This document shows positions 1 through 9,360 of a DNA stretch of 64,000 bases, piece by piece. The notes beneath the pieces are model-generated. The model worked only from the letters and a program-made list of their open reading frames with translations, had not been told where the DNA came from and ran no database searches. Source of the stretch: an uncultured Gemmatimonadales bacterium (GTDB lineage: Bacteria; Gemmatimonadota; Gemmatimonadetes; Gemmatimonadales; GWC2-71-9); contig CAWHFW010000005.1 in assembly GCA_963828735.1 (NCBI GenBank), forward strand, positions 2,304,001 to 2,368,000. Direction: 5' to 3'. Each line of letters begins with the position of its first letter. Position 1 is the stretch's first letter. Position numbers and translations under genes: made by a program.

Positions 1-1
1 G

Positions 2-883
2 GCGGTCGGCGCCAAGCTTACGCACCTGCGCCGACTGCACGGCCGGGAGTGGCTTTGGCGCAACCCCGAGCAGCCGCTCGCGCTGCCTCGTCCCGGTGCG
101 CCGTACGCGGAGACGGCCTACAGCGGCGGATGGGACGAGTGTTTTCCGACGGTCTCGCCGTCGGCGATTCCCGGTGCCGGCCCAGGGGCACCGACCCTCC
201 CTGATCACGGCGAGCTCTGGAGCGCGGACTGGACCAGCGCGGTGTACGAAGACCAGGGGGGAACGACCCTCGCGAGCACGGCCAGCGGGATGCGCCTGCC
301 ATACGAGCTCCATCGCGAGGTCACGCTCGATCACGAGCGACCCACGGTCCGCTTCCGATACCGTCTCCGGCACCTCGGCGACGCGCCGTTCCCATGGATC
401 TGGTCTCCGCACCCCCTGTTCAACGTGCAGCCGGGAACGACCCTCGCGCTCGCCGGCATCCATCAGGTGAAGCTGGACGCCGTGTATGGTCGAGACGACG
501 TGGCCCGTGAAGACGTGGTGAGCTGGCCCGGCGCGATCGGCGGTCAGTCGGACACGTTCACGTTTCCCGAAACGGCTGCCTGGGCGATCAAACTGTTCGG
601 CGACGCGGGCGCGATCGGACGCATGGTGCTCACCGACCCGCGCCAGGGCGAGCGCCTCGAGATGGCAGTCGATCCCGCGGAGGTTCCGCAGGTGGCCGTC
701 TGGATCAACTGCGGTGGGTGGGGGCCGTCGGGTCAGGCGCCGGTGTACAACCTGAGCCTCGCGCCACGCATCGGAGCACCGGACCGGTTGGAGGACGCCG
801 TGCTGCACTGGCGCACGGCGCCGATGCTCGAGCCCGGAGGCGAGCGGCGGTGGAGCATCGAGGTGACGCTCCCGGAGGAGTGA
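2..883 (+). CDS. Galactose mutarotase/aldose 1-epimerase-like protein, 5'-truncated by window edge
   Basis: The frame of ORF 242..883 is open back to base 2 (AVGAKLTHLRRLHGREWLW...GGWDECFPT...DHGELW); WSPHPLF motif. Confidence 0.75.
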   Translation, partial: AVGAKLTHLRRLHGREWLWRNPEQPLALPRPGAPYAETAYSGGWDECFPTVSPSAIPGAGPGAPTLPDHGELWSADWTSAVYEDQGGTTLASTASGMRLPYELHREVTLDHERPTVRFRYRLRHLGDAPFPWIWSPHPLFNVQPGTTLALAGIHQVKLDAVYGRDDVAREDVVSWPGAIGGQSDTFTFPETAAWAIKLFGDAGAIGRMVLTDPRQGERLEMAVDPAEVPQVAVWINCGGWGPSGQAPVYNLSLAPRIGAPDRLEDAVLHWRTAPMLEPGGERRWSIEVTLPEE

Positions 884-937
884 CGGGGCGGGGGTCTCGG
901 TCGTCGTGGCGGGACGATCGCGACGGCGCGGTCCGGA

Positions 938-1867
938 TCAGTCTGCGGGCGGCGTCGGCGCGTCGGCGCGCTCGAGGCCTACGTCGGCGAAGGAGACCGG
1001 ATCCTCGATGGGCTCCAGGTGGGTGAACACGCTACTGCTGGGCACGGCCGCGCGCACTTCCTCCTCGATCCGCTCGAGCAGATCGTGCCCTCGCTGCACC
1101 GACCAGCTCCCCGGCACCAGCACGTGGAAGTCGATGAAGCGCCACGCGCCCGCCTGTCGCGTCCGCAGGGCGTGGAAGCGCACGCCGTCGTTCGCGTGCT
1201 GCGCGAGGATCTCGGTGATCTTGTGCTGCAGCTCCTCGGGGATGGCCGTATCGAGCAATCCCATGAGCGAGCGACGGAGGATGTTCACCCCCGTGCGCAA
1301 GATGTTGAGCGCGACCAGGATGGCGATGACCGGGTCGAGCCGCTGCCAGCCCGTCATCGCCGCCGCGGCCACGCCGACCACGACGCCAGCGGAGGTCCAG
1401 ACGTCGCTCATCAGGTGATGCGCATCGGCCTCCAGCGTGATCGACTGGTACGCCCGGCCCGCGCGAAACAGCTTCCTGGCGACGAACAGATTGATCAGGG
1501 ATGCGGCGATCGCGATGCCCGCGCCCACGGCGATCTGCTCGATCGGCTGCGGGGCGAGCAGGCGACGGACGGAGGCGTAGATGATGCTGGCGGCGGCGAG
1601 CAGGATGAGCGCGCCCTCGAAGCCGCTGGAAAAGTACTCCGCCTTGCTGTGGCCGTAGCGGTGATCCTCGTCCTCCGGGCGGGCGGCCGCGGAGAGCGCG
1701 ATCAACGCGACGATGGCCGCCGCGAGATTGACCAGCGACTCGAGCGCGTCCGAGAGGAGACCCACCGACCCCGTGATGACGTACGCGCTGCCCTTGAGCA
1801 CGATCGTCGCGAGCGCGGCCAGGATGGAGATGACGGCGTAACGGTAGAGCGACGCGCGGTCGACCAT
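938..1867 (-). CDS. Cation diffusion facilitator (FieF-like) transporter
   Basis: [24 protein letters not shown] motifs; C-terminal dimerisation domain ending HLEP. Confidence 0.92.
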   Translation of the reverse strand: MVDRASLYRYAVISILAALATIVLKGSAYVITGSVGLLSDALESLVNLAAAIVALIALSAAARPEDEDHRYGHSKAEYFSSGFEGALILLAAASIIYASVRRLLAPQPIEQIAVGAGIAIAASLINLFVARKLFRAGRAYQSITLEADAHHLMSDVWTSAGVVVGVAAAAMTGWQRLDPVIAILVALNILRTGVNILRRSLMGLLDTAIPEELQHKITEILAQHANDGVRFHALRTRQAGAWRFIDFHVLVPGSWSVQRGHDLLERIEEEVRAAVPSSSVFTHLEPIEDPVSFADVGLERADAPTPPAD

Positions 1868-1869
1868 GG

Positions 1870-2751
1870 TCAGGCGGCCACAGGCAGCATGCGGAGGACC
1901 TCGGCGACGGTCAGGGGGGCGCTCCCTTCGGCCCGGTTGTTGACGAGCAGATAGGCCGGGATACGGGTGCGGACGGCGGTCTCGATGAGACGCAGCAGGT
2001 CCTGCCGGAGCGGCGGCGAGGGATCCAGGATCCGGTCGTACGGGGCAAAGGCGTCCACCGCCTCATCGTAGGTGCGGCCGGGGCGAAGCAGCGCGCGCGC
2101 GACCAGAAACGGCCCGGAAACCGAGCCCGGCAGATCGAGCTGGTCGCCGATCGGCGGCATGCGGGTCCACGAGTTGAATACGTGCGCCACACCGTGCTCA
2201 CGCAGCACGGCAAAGTACATCGGGGTCAGGAACTCCTCGTTCCGGATCTCGACCCCGTACATCGCCTCTCGCGGCAGCGCGGAGAAGAATTCGTCCAGCT
2301 GCACGGCAAAGCGCTCGGGGGTCATCCCGCTCCCGCGCCCGATGGATTGGAACTCGAAGACGAACGGGCCGGTGTGGTCCGCGAAGTACCGCTGGTAGGG
2401 CTCGAACACGGCCTCGAGAAAGACCTCGGGATTGAGGAAGTCCGGGTTGACCTGGCCCGCCCGCGCCCTGTCCTGCGCTTGCGCGAACGTATGCACGGTC
2501 AACTGGTTCCACACCTTGCTCACGCACGGGAAGCCGGGCGGCAGGGACTCCGCGTACGACGCGAGCGTCGCCTCGGTGGGCGGCGCGTAGAAGCTGGAGT
2601 CGATGCCCACGGTGCGGAAGAGTGGAAATTGCGCGTACTCCTTCAGCATCCTGGCCGGCGCCCCGCGTCCGGCGTAGTCCTCGTGGTACACCAGCCCTCG
2701 CCACCCCGGATAGTTCCATGATGAGGCGCCGAACCGGACCGTCGCGGGCAA
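1870..2751 (-). CDS. DUF72 (YecE-like) protein; start TTG 2751 or possibly ATT 2802
   Basis: [38 protein letters not shown] motifs; the upstream part of the 468-aa ORF is only overlap with the next gene. Confidence 0.85.
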   Translation of the reverse strand: MPATVRFGASSWNYPGWRGLVYHEDYAGRGAPARMLKEYAQFPLFRTVGIDSSFYAPPTEATLASYAESLPPGFPCVSKVWNQLTVHTFAQAQDRARAGQVNPDFLNPEVFLEAVFEPYQRYFADHTGPFVFEFQSIGRGSGMTPERFAVQLDEFFSALPREAMYGVEIRNEEFLTPMYFAVLREHGVAHVFNSWTRMPPIGDQLDLPGSVSGPFLVARALLRPGRTYDEAVDAFAPYDRILDPSPPLRQDLLRLIETAVRTRIPAYLLVNNRAEGSAPLTVAEVLRMLPVAA

Positions 2752-2780
2752 GCGGGCGGCCAGCGCCTCGAAGTCTGCGG

Positions 2781-3953
2781 CTAGTGCGGCACGATCCGGA
2801 ATACCCGTCCCTCCGAGTTCATCACGTACAGCTCGCCCGCCGCATCCTGCCCGAAGCTCGGCACCGCGCCGCCGGGCGCCAAGGTGGGCCACTGATGGGG
2901 GTCCACCGCCTGGCCGTTCTCCAGCCGGAAGCTGCGGACCCAGCCCTGGCAGTAGTCGGCGTAGAAATAATGCCCCTGCAGCGCGGGAATGGCAGCGCCC
3001 CGATAGACATAGCCGCCGGTGATGGAGCACGCGCCGTTGTCGTGCGAGTATTCCACCAGGGGCAAGGTATAGAGCGAGAGATCGCAGGTCGCGCTGGCAT
3101 AGCAGTGACGTCCCTCGGTCACGTTCCATCCGAAGTTGGCGCCCCGGCCCGCGCCATCGGCCGCAGTGACCACGTCCACTTCTTCCCACGCATTCTGACC
3201 GACGTCCGCGACGTACAGGTCGCCGGTGGCGGGATCGAAGGTGAATCGCCACGGGTTTCGAAGGCCGTAGCTCCACACCTCGGGACGGGCATCGGTCCGC
3301 CCCACGAAGGGGTTGTCGGCTGGTACTGTGTATCCCGTGCCGCTGGCGACGTCCACTCTCAGAATGTCCCCGAGGAGGTCAGTCAGGGACTGACCCCTTC
3401 CACCCGGGTCGCCGCCGCTGCCACCGTCGCCCAGGCCGATGTACAGCATGCCATCGGGACCGAACAGGATCTGGCCCCCATTATGATTGGCGAACGGCTG
3501 CTCGGCCGTGAGGACCACCGTCGCGCTCGACGGGTCCGCCTGGTCGGGATCGCCCGCGGATACCCGGTATGTCGCGACTGTGGTGTTGCCGTTCACGTCG
3601 GTATAGTGCACTACGAAGCGTCCGTCGGTCGCATACGCAGGATCGAAGGCGAGCCCGAGGAGGCCTTGCTCACCGCCCGTGGACACGAGCGGAGTGAGGT
3701 CGAGGAAGGGTGTCGGCAGCAGGCTTCCATCCTTGACGATCCGGATGAGTCCGCCCTTCTCCACGATGAAGAGTCGCGAATCGCCGGGAGGCGCCGTCAG
3801 GTACAGGGGGAAGTTCAATCCGGCCGCCACTTCCTGCAGACCGACCGCCACCGGGCCGTCGGTCGGCTCCTGCACGCTTCCGCCGGCGTCACAGGCCGCG
3901 GCGGTGAGCGCGAGCAGACCGAGAACCGGGGGCAGCGTGATCGCTCGTCTCAT
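2781..3953 (-). CDS. PQQ-dependent sugar (glucose/sorbosone) dehydrogenase family lipoprotein
   Basis: GEQGLLGLAFDP, NHNGG, GLRNPWR, DVGQNAWEE motifs; signal peptide with TAAAC lipobox. Confidence 0.9.
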   Translation of the reverse strand: MRRAITLPPVLGLLALTAAACDAGGSVQEPTDGPVAVGLQEVAAGLNFPLYLTAPPGDSRLFIVEKGGLIRIVKDGSLLPTPFLDLTPLVSTGGEQGLLGLAFDPAYATDGRFVVHYTDVNGNTTVATYRVSAGDPDQADPSSATVVLTAEQPFANHNGGQILFGPDGMLYIGLGDGGSGGDPGGRGQSLTDLLGDILRVDVASGTGYTVPADNPFVGRTDARPEVWSYGLRNPWRFTFDPATGDLYVADVGQNAWEEVDVVTAADGAGRGANFGWNVTEGRHCYASATCDLSLYTLPLVEYSHDNGACSITGGYVYRGAAIPALQGHYFYADYCQGWVRSFRLENGQAVDPHQWPTLAPGGAVPSFGQDAAGELYVMNSEGRVFRIVPH

Positions 3954-4446
3954 CCAGGTGCCTCTTGTCATCGGGTGTCTGGTCGCGGTCACCGGGTGTA
4001 CGCCCCTCGGGGTCTGGCTGTACGAGGACCCGCGAGTGACGGTGGCGCGCGTGCGGGTCGACGCCGATACCACGAATGACCGCCCGGTCCTCGTCGCCCT
4101 CGCCCTGAGCAACCCGAACGACTACACGGTCTCGACGACGCGCGTCGAGCTCAAGCTGGCGCTGGACGACCAGCCCATCGGGCGCCTGGACCAGGACAGC
4201 AGCTTCATCGCCACGCCCAGGGGGACGTCGACCATGGCGCTGCCCCTCATCCCGGACCGGACCGCGACCCGCGCGCGGCTCGAGACCTTCTACTCCGGGG
4301 TCCACCGGTTCAGCATCGAAGGCAGGGCCACGTTCACGACGCCGGTCGGGAAGCGGAAGGTCCGCTTCGTCCAGAGCGGGGAGCTGGCGTTCGGGCAGCC
4401 ACCTTTGCCGCCATCCGCTCCACCCGATCCAGATGGGTCACCGTAA
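3937..4446 (+). CDS. LEA type 2 (WHy domain) lipoprotein; start GTG 3937 or 3958
   Basis: Hydrophobic N-terminus with VTGC lipobox; LSNPNDY motif; beta-rich composition. Confidence 0.7.
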   Translation: MIARLIQVPLVIGCLVAVTGCTPLGVWLYEDPRVTVARVRVDADTTNDRPVLVALALSNPNDYTVSTTRVELKLALDDQPIGRLDQDSSFIATPRGTSTMALPLIPDRTATRARLETFYSGVHRFSIEGRATFTTPVGKRKVRFVQSGELAFGQPPLPPSAPPDPDGSP

Positions 4447-7441
4447 GGGTAATCGCGCCGAAGTCCTCCTCGACCTTCCCCCGAAAGATGAACGGTCCCT
4501 GATCGAAGAGCACGTGACCGCGCTCACGGTAGACGTCCGGAAAGAGCACGGTCTCGATGAGCCCATGGCCGTCGTCGAAGGTGGCGAACTCCATGGGCTC
4601 GTCCTTCAGGGTGTGGACCGGCTTGGCGGTGGTGAGCATCCCCGCGACCAGGACGTGCCGGCCCACGTGCCGGTGCAGCTCGGTGCTGGGACAGAGCCGG
4701 AATGCCCGGAGCGGGTCCGCGTACAACGCCATGGGGTGCGCGTCGGTGATGAAGCCCATGGCCGCGTGCTCCTCGCGCCGCCGGCGCTCGGGGCCGTACG
4801 CCTTGAGCACGGGGACCGCGGGTGGCAGGTGATCGAACCAGTCGCCAGGACGCTCGTCGGGCGAGCGGACGCAATCGGCGGTCGAGTCCACCAGCCAGAG
4901 CATCATCGGACGGGTCCAGCCGCCGCTGATGGAATCGAGCGCGCCGACCTTGATGAGCGCGCGGAGGTCGGCCGGCGCGAGACCGGCGCGGGTGCGGAGG
5001 TCGGCGAGGCCGGTGAAGGCGCGGACCGCCCTGACCGCGAGCAGTCGTTCCGCCCCCTCCGCCGACAACTCCTTCACGAACTGCAGGCCGACCCGTAGCT
5101 CCCGCCCTTCCCCCGTGCAGCGGACATCGCTCGCGTTCACGTCGGGCGGGAGCACCGTGAGGCCCATCCGCATGGCTTCCGCCACGTAGGCGAACGGGTG
5201 GTAGAACCCGCCGCCGTTGGCCAGCACCGCCGCCATGAACTCGGCCGGATAGTGCGCGCGCAGATAGCACGAGTGCTGCGCCACCTGGATGTACGACGCC
5301 GAGTGGCCCTTGCAGAAGCTGTAGCCGGCGAACGACATGATCATGGCCCAAACGCGCTTGATCGTCTCGGGGTCGCGGCCGCGCGCGAGGGCGCCCGTGA
5401 AGAACTCCTCGGCGTAGCCGGCGAGCGCCTTGGCCGGCCGCTTCTTGGACAGCGATTTCCGGAGCCCGTCGGCCACGGCGAGCGGCATGCCGGCGAACGC
5501 GTGGCAGACGTTCACCACGTCCTCCTGGTAGACCATGACGCCGAACGTGTCGGCCAGCGTGTCACGCAGCACCGGATCGAGCGGCTCGTAGGGCGCGCCG
5601 TGCAGCCGCTCGAGGTAGACCTTGATGTAGCGGTTGGACGCGGGCCGGATGATGCTGGTGTTGAGCACCAGCAGCTCGAAGGTGTCGGCCCGGCTCTTGG
5701 CGCAGAGCATCCGCGACGCGGGCGACTCGGTGTAGAAGACGCCCATGGTCTGCCCCGTGCGGAAGAGCGCCTTCGTGGGCTCGTCCTCGCCGGGATCGGA
5801 CGAGGTATAGTCGATGTGGCGACCGGTGTGCGCGCCCACCGCGGCGATGGCGTCGCGAATGACGGCAAGCGAGCGGTTGCCGAGCAGGTCGATCTTGACG
5901 AGTCCCGCGTCTTCGGCGCCGTCCTTCTCGAACTGGATGACGGGCACCGTAAGATCCGGATGCCCATCGAGCGTCTTCACCGCCGGCTCGATGGGGACGT
6001 AGTCGGTGAGCGCGGTGGGCACGATGACCACGCCGCCCGGGTGGAGCGAGAGGTGGCGCGGCAGGCCCACCAGCGGGGCCGCCATGCGGGCGAACTCCTG
6101 CCAGCTCGGCGGAAGGTCGAGCGCCTTGAAGTTGGGATGCGTCGCGAGCGTCTCCTCGAGCGGCAGGTCCTCGAAGACCGGAATGCGGCGGGTCACCTCG
6201 CGAATCTCGCCGGCGGGACGGCCGTGCACCTTGGCCACCTCGCGGAGCGCGCCGCGCAGGCGGAAGCAATTGTGGTTGGCCACCATCGCGGCCTGGGGAT
6301 GGGGATAGTGGCGGAACACGTAGGCCAGCACGTCGTCGCGCTCGTCCCAGGGGAAGTCGAGATCGATGTCGGGCGGGTCCTTGCGCTCGGGATTCAGGAA
6401 TCGCTCGAACAGGAGTCCCGCGCCGAGCGGCTCGACGTGGGTGATCCCGAGACAGTAGCTCACGATCGAGTTGGCGACGGAGCCGCGGCCGCAGTGGGTG
6501 GGCCCGTTCGCGACGATGTCGCGCACCACCAGGAAATAGTCGGCGAACCCCTTCGCCTCGATGATGGCGAGCTCGTGCTCGAGCCGCGCCGCGGTCACCG
6601 GCGCGACGGTGCCGTAGCGCCGCTCGGCGCCGGCGTACGCGTGTACCCGGAGCGCCGCGAGCGCGTCGTCCGCGTCGGCGAAGCGCGGCGCCACGATGCG
6701 GCCCACCGGAATGCGATACCGGCACCGCTCGGCGATCTCGGCGGCGGCGCGCACGGCGTCGGGGCAGTCGGGAAACTGGCGGATGAGGTCCGCCTCGGGG
6801 CGAAGCCAGGCGTCGCGGGGAAACAGACGGTCGGCCGGTCGGACGATCGGCCGGTCGGTGCCGACGAGGGCGGAGAGGGTCGTGTTGAGATGAATGGCGC
6901 GGAGGAGACGGTGACGCTGCCAGTCCTCGGGGTGCGCCATGACGGCGGCGCCGGTGACGACGGCGGAAAGCCCGAGCCGACGCCCGGCGGCGAGCACGGC
7001 GTGGCGCTCCTTGCCGGGCACGAGCTCGGCGTAGAGATCGCGCGGGCCGCTGACTCGAAGGACGCGCTCGAGAAACGCGGGATCGCGCGAGAGGAGGATC
7101 AGGCCGTCGCGGTCGGGAGCGAGCCGGTCGGAGAGGAGACCCTTCGGCTCCCTCTTCGCCCAATGGATCCAGGTGATTGCCCGGCACAGCGCGGCCCAGC
7201 CACGCTCGTCGGTCGCGAGGGCGATGGTCTCCTCATCGCCCGTGACGAGATGCGCGCCGAGGATCGGGCGCACGCCCGCGGCCTCGCAGGCGCGCTGGAA
7301 CTCGATGGCGCCGTAAACGCCGTTGGTGTCGGTGCACGCGAGCGCCGCAAGTCCCCGCTCTGCGGCGGCTGTGGCCAGGACCTCGGGGCTCGAGACGCCG
7401 ATGCCGAAGGAGAAGTGGGTGTGGAGGTGGAGATGGACCAC
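4334..7441 (-). CDS. dnaE2: Error-prone DNA polymerase III alpha subunit (DnaE2/ImuC-like)
   Basis: PHP domain HLHLHTHFS/TDTNG; GRGSVANS, LLFERFLNPER, PDIDLD, KIDLLG, FCKGHS motifs; C-terminal OB fold; 1035 aa; SOS-like box upstream. Confidence 0.88.
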   Translation of the reverse strand: MVHLHLHTHFSFGIGVSSPEVLATAAAERGLAALACTDTNGVYGAIEFQRACEAAGVRPILGAHLVTGDEETIALATDERGWAALCRAITWIHWAKREPKGLLSDRLAPDRDGLILLSRDPAFLERVLRVSGPRDLYAELVPGKERHAVLAAGRRLGLSAVVTGAAVMAHPEDWQRHRLLRAIHLNTTLSALVGTDRPIVRPADRLFPRDAWLRPEADLIRQFPDCPDAVRAAAEIAERCRYRIPVGRIVAPRFADADDALAALRVHAYAGAERRYGTVAPVTAARLEHELAIIEAKGFADYFLVVRDIVANGPTHCGRGSVANSIVSYCLGITHVEPLGAGLLFERFLNPERKDPPDIDLDFPWDERDDVLAYVFRHYPHPQAAMVANHNCFRLRGALREVAKVHGRPAGEIREVTRRIPVFEDLPLEETLATHPNFKALDLPPSWQEFARMAAPLVGLPRHLSLHPGGVVIVPTALTDYVPIEPAVKTLDGHPDLTVPVIQFEKDGAEDAGLVKIDLLGNRSLAVIRDAIAAVGAHTGRHIDYTSSDPGEDEPTKALFRTGQTMGVFYTESPASRMLCAKSRADTFELLVLNTSIIRPASNRYIKVYLERLHGAPYEPLDPVLRDTLADTFGVMVYQEDVVNVCHAFAGMPLAVADGLRKSLSKKRPAKALAGYAEEFFTGALARGRDPETIKRVWAMIMSFAGYSFCKGHSASYIQVAQHSCYLRAHYPAEFMAAVLANGGGFYHPFAYVAEAMRMGLTVLPPDVNASDVRCTGEGRELRVGLQFVKELSAEGAERLLAVRAVRAFTGLADLRTRAGLAPADLRALIKVGALDSISGGWTRPMMLWLVDSTADCVRSPDERPGDWFDHLPPAVPVLKAYGPERRRREEHAAMGFITDAHPMALYADPLRAFRLCPSTELHRHVGRHVLVAGMLTTAKPVHTLKDEPMEFATFDDGHGLIETVLFPDVYRERGHVLFDQGPFIFRGKVEEDFGAITLTVTHLDRVERMAAKVAARTPAPRSGRSGPSASRPAS

Positions 7442-7520
7442 GGGAGGCGCGCACCCCGGTTTCGGGTTTTGTTCGGTACCTCAAACCGAATCTACCCGTG
7501 GGGGGGAGGGCGTCAAGTCG
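7295..7520 (-). repeat. Copy 1 (intact) of a ~220-bp direct repeat: dnaE2 promoter plus first ~48 codons
   Basis: Aligns by eye to 8917-9128, e.g. ggctcgagacgccgatgccgaaggagaaRtgggtgtggaggtggagatgg. Confidence 0.9.
7461..7516 (-). promoter_or_regulatory. Sigma70-like promoter TTGACG-N16-TAGATT with a downstream LexA-like operator CCGAACAAAACCCGAA
   Basis: -35 at 7511-7516, -10 at 7489-7494, operator at 7461-7476; the same motif recurs at 13251 and 29561. Confidence 0.75.
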
Positions 7521-7595
7521 GGGGGATAAGAGACAGAGGCGAAGAGGCCTGGGACTGCGAGGCGCTACGAGAGTCACTGCAAGCCCGACGAGCCG

Positions 7596-8849
7596 CTAAT
7601 AGATGTGCAGCTTGCTCAGGAGGGCATACCAGTCATCGACGCATTCGAACAGGTCCTTGTTGTGCTTGATCATCTTGCTGCGCATGTAAACGCGGAGCCA
7701 CTGCTTGTACATGTACAGCTCATAGCGATCGAACTTCTCACCAAGTGACAGGTCAGGATGCGCGATGAGTCCCGCGAGGAACATCGCACACTCGAAGCCC
7801 AGCGAAATCGACTGAAAGTACGGCGACCCGATGGCCGAATCGCCGGCCAGGAACACCGCCGACCCGGTGAACGGGTGGTCGCCGGGTCCCGCGGCGCGCC
7901 ATTGCCGGCTGGTCGCATTGCGAGCCCGGTACAGATCCAGGGGCAGGCGCATGATCTCCAAGTCGCCCAGTATCTCGCCGTGGGTTTCCTGCTTGATCTT
8001 GTCGATGAAGTGGTCCATCGATCGGGCGACACTGGGGAAGTTGCCGCGAAGCCACGGGCCGTCGAACTGTCGCGGCATCGCCTCGTAGTCCTCGGCGGTG
8101 ATCTTGACGATGCCCGTCACGTGGCTGATGCTGCCGTCGTAGAACGTGCGATGGACCGACGGAATGAACTTGTAGGACGGGTTCTCGATGTTCTTGTAGT
8201 ACTTGCAATACTCGTTGCAGTCGTACGGCTGGCCGTACAGAAAGGTGATGACGAGCGCGTATTCGAGCCGGATGTTGTGCGTGCTCGCGCCCTCCACCGC
8301 ATCAAACCCGGGCTCCAGGTGGTCTCGAAACAGTGACTTGCTGCCGGTACAGTCGATCAGGATGTCCCCCGGCTCGAGCATCGCCATGGCGTCCTGTGCC
8401 GTCAGGGTGGCCGCGGTGCGCTGCACCGGAGTCGCCCCGCGGGCATCGATCAGATCGCTGAGGGAGTGCTCGATCGCGTTGAGCGGACAGAACCCCTGGG
8501 TCCACTGGCGAAGAAGTGCCATCAGGTCCGAAGGAATGGACCGTCTGAACACGAGACCCTGCTCGAGCTCCGATGGCTCGAAGACGGCCTCGATATTCTC
8601 TCCATCGATGTAGTCGGTACAGTAACTCTCGACCGAATCCGCCACGAGGTACGAGGCGAGCTGAACCATTCGGGTACGAGAATACTCGCGTCGCTTCTCG
8701 TAGAGGCGCACGGAGAACCCCGCCAGCGGCTGGAGCAAGGTCGTCAGTAGAAGGCCCACGGGTCCTGCGCCGACGACATGCACTCGGCGACTGGATGGCA
8801 CGGTCTCGACGGTTGGAAAGCTGGATTGCGGAGGCACTCGCGTTCTCAC
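7596..8849 (-). CDS. FAD-dependent monooxygenase/oxidoreductase of unknown function
   Basis: VVGAGPVG Rossmann motif, IDCTG (DG motif), FLAGDSA (GD motif); visibly more AT-rich than the flanking genes. Confidence 0.8.
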   Translation of the reverse strand: MRTRVPPQSSFPTVETVPSSRRVHVVGAGPVGLLLTTLLQPLAGFSVRLYEKRREYSRTRMVQLASYLVADSVESYCTDYIDGENIEAVFEPSELEQGLVFRRSIPSDLMALLRQWTQGFCPLNAIEHSLSDLIDARGATPVQRTAATLTAQDAMAMLEPGDILIDCTGSKSLFRDHLEPGFDAVEGASTHNIRLEYALVITFLYGQPYDCNEYCKYYKNIENPSYKFIPSVHRTFYDGSISHVTGIVKITAEDYEAMPRQFDGPWLRGNFPSVARSMDHFIDKIKQETHGEILGDLEIMRLPLDLYRARNATSRQWRAAGPGDHPFTGSAVFLAGDSAIGSPYFQSISLGFECAMFLAGLIAHPDLSLGEKFDRYELYMYKQWLRVYMRSKMIKHNKDLFECVDDWYALLSKLHIY

Positions 8850-8916
8850 TTGAGCCGCTTGAACTCAGCGGACCTCGAATGTTACCAGGTCGTTCCGAGG
8901 GGGGAAGGGCCCTCGC

Positions 8917-9128
8917 CTGGAACTCGATGGGCCGTATACGCCTTCGGTGTTGGTGGATGCGAGCGCCGCGAACCCCAGCTCCGCGGCGGCTGTGGCTCTG
9001 GGCTCGAGACGCCGATGCCGAAGGAGAAATGGGTGTGGAGGTGGAGATGGCCCACGGGCGGCGCTCCAGTTTCGGTTTTTGTACGGTTTCTCACCCCGAA
9101 TCTACCTGTGGGGAAGAGGGTCAAGTCG
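8917..9128 (-). pseudogene. Copy 2 (decayed): 5' fragment of dnaE2 with degenerate promoter and operator
   Basis: Encodes VGHLHLHTHFSFGIGVSSPE and then frameshifts; operator CCGTACAAAAACCGAA; -35/-10 spacer shortened to 14 bp. Confidence 0.85.
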
Positions 9129-9360
9129 CCCCGCCTCGGAGAAGGCGGAAACCATCTTCATGTGCGTTTCCGTCTCCTCTTCGGCTCGCCGTTCTATCGT
9201 TGTGCTTTCGCTGATCGGGGGAACGAGTGGCCAAGGCTCGTCAAGGCCACGGCATCCCTCAACATGGGTGCAGGCCGTGACAAGGGATCGGGCTACCTCC
9301 ACCGATGAGCCGGAGCCCAGCCGTCCTTGCAGCCCCGAATCTCCCACTGGCCTGAAGACC

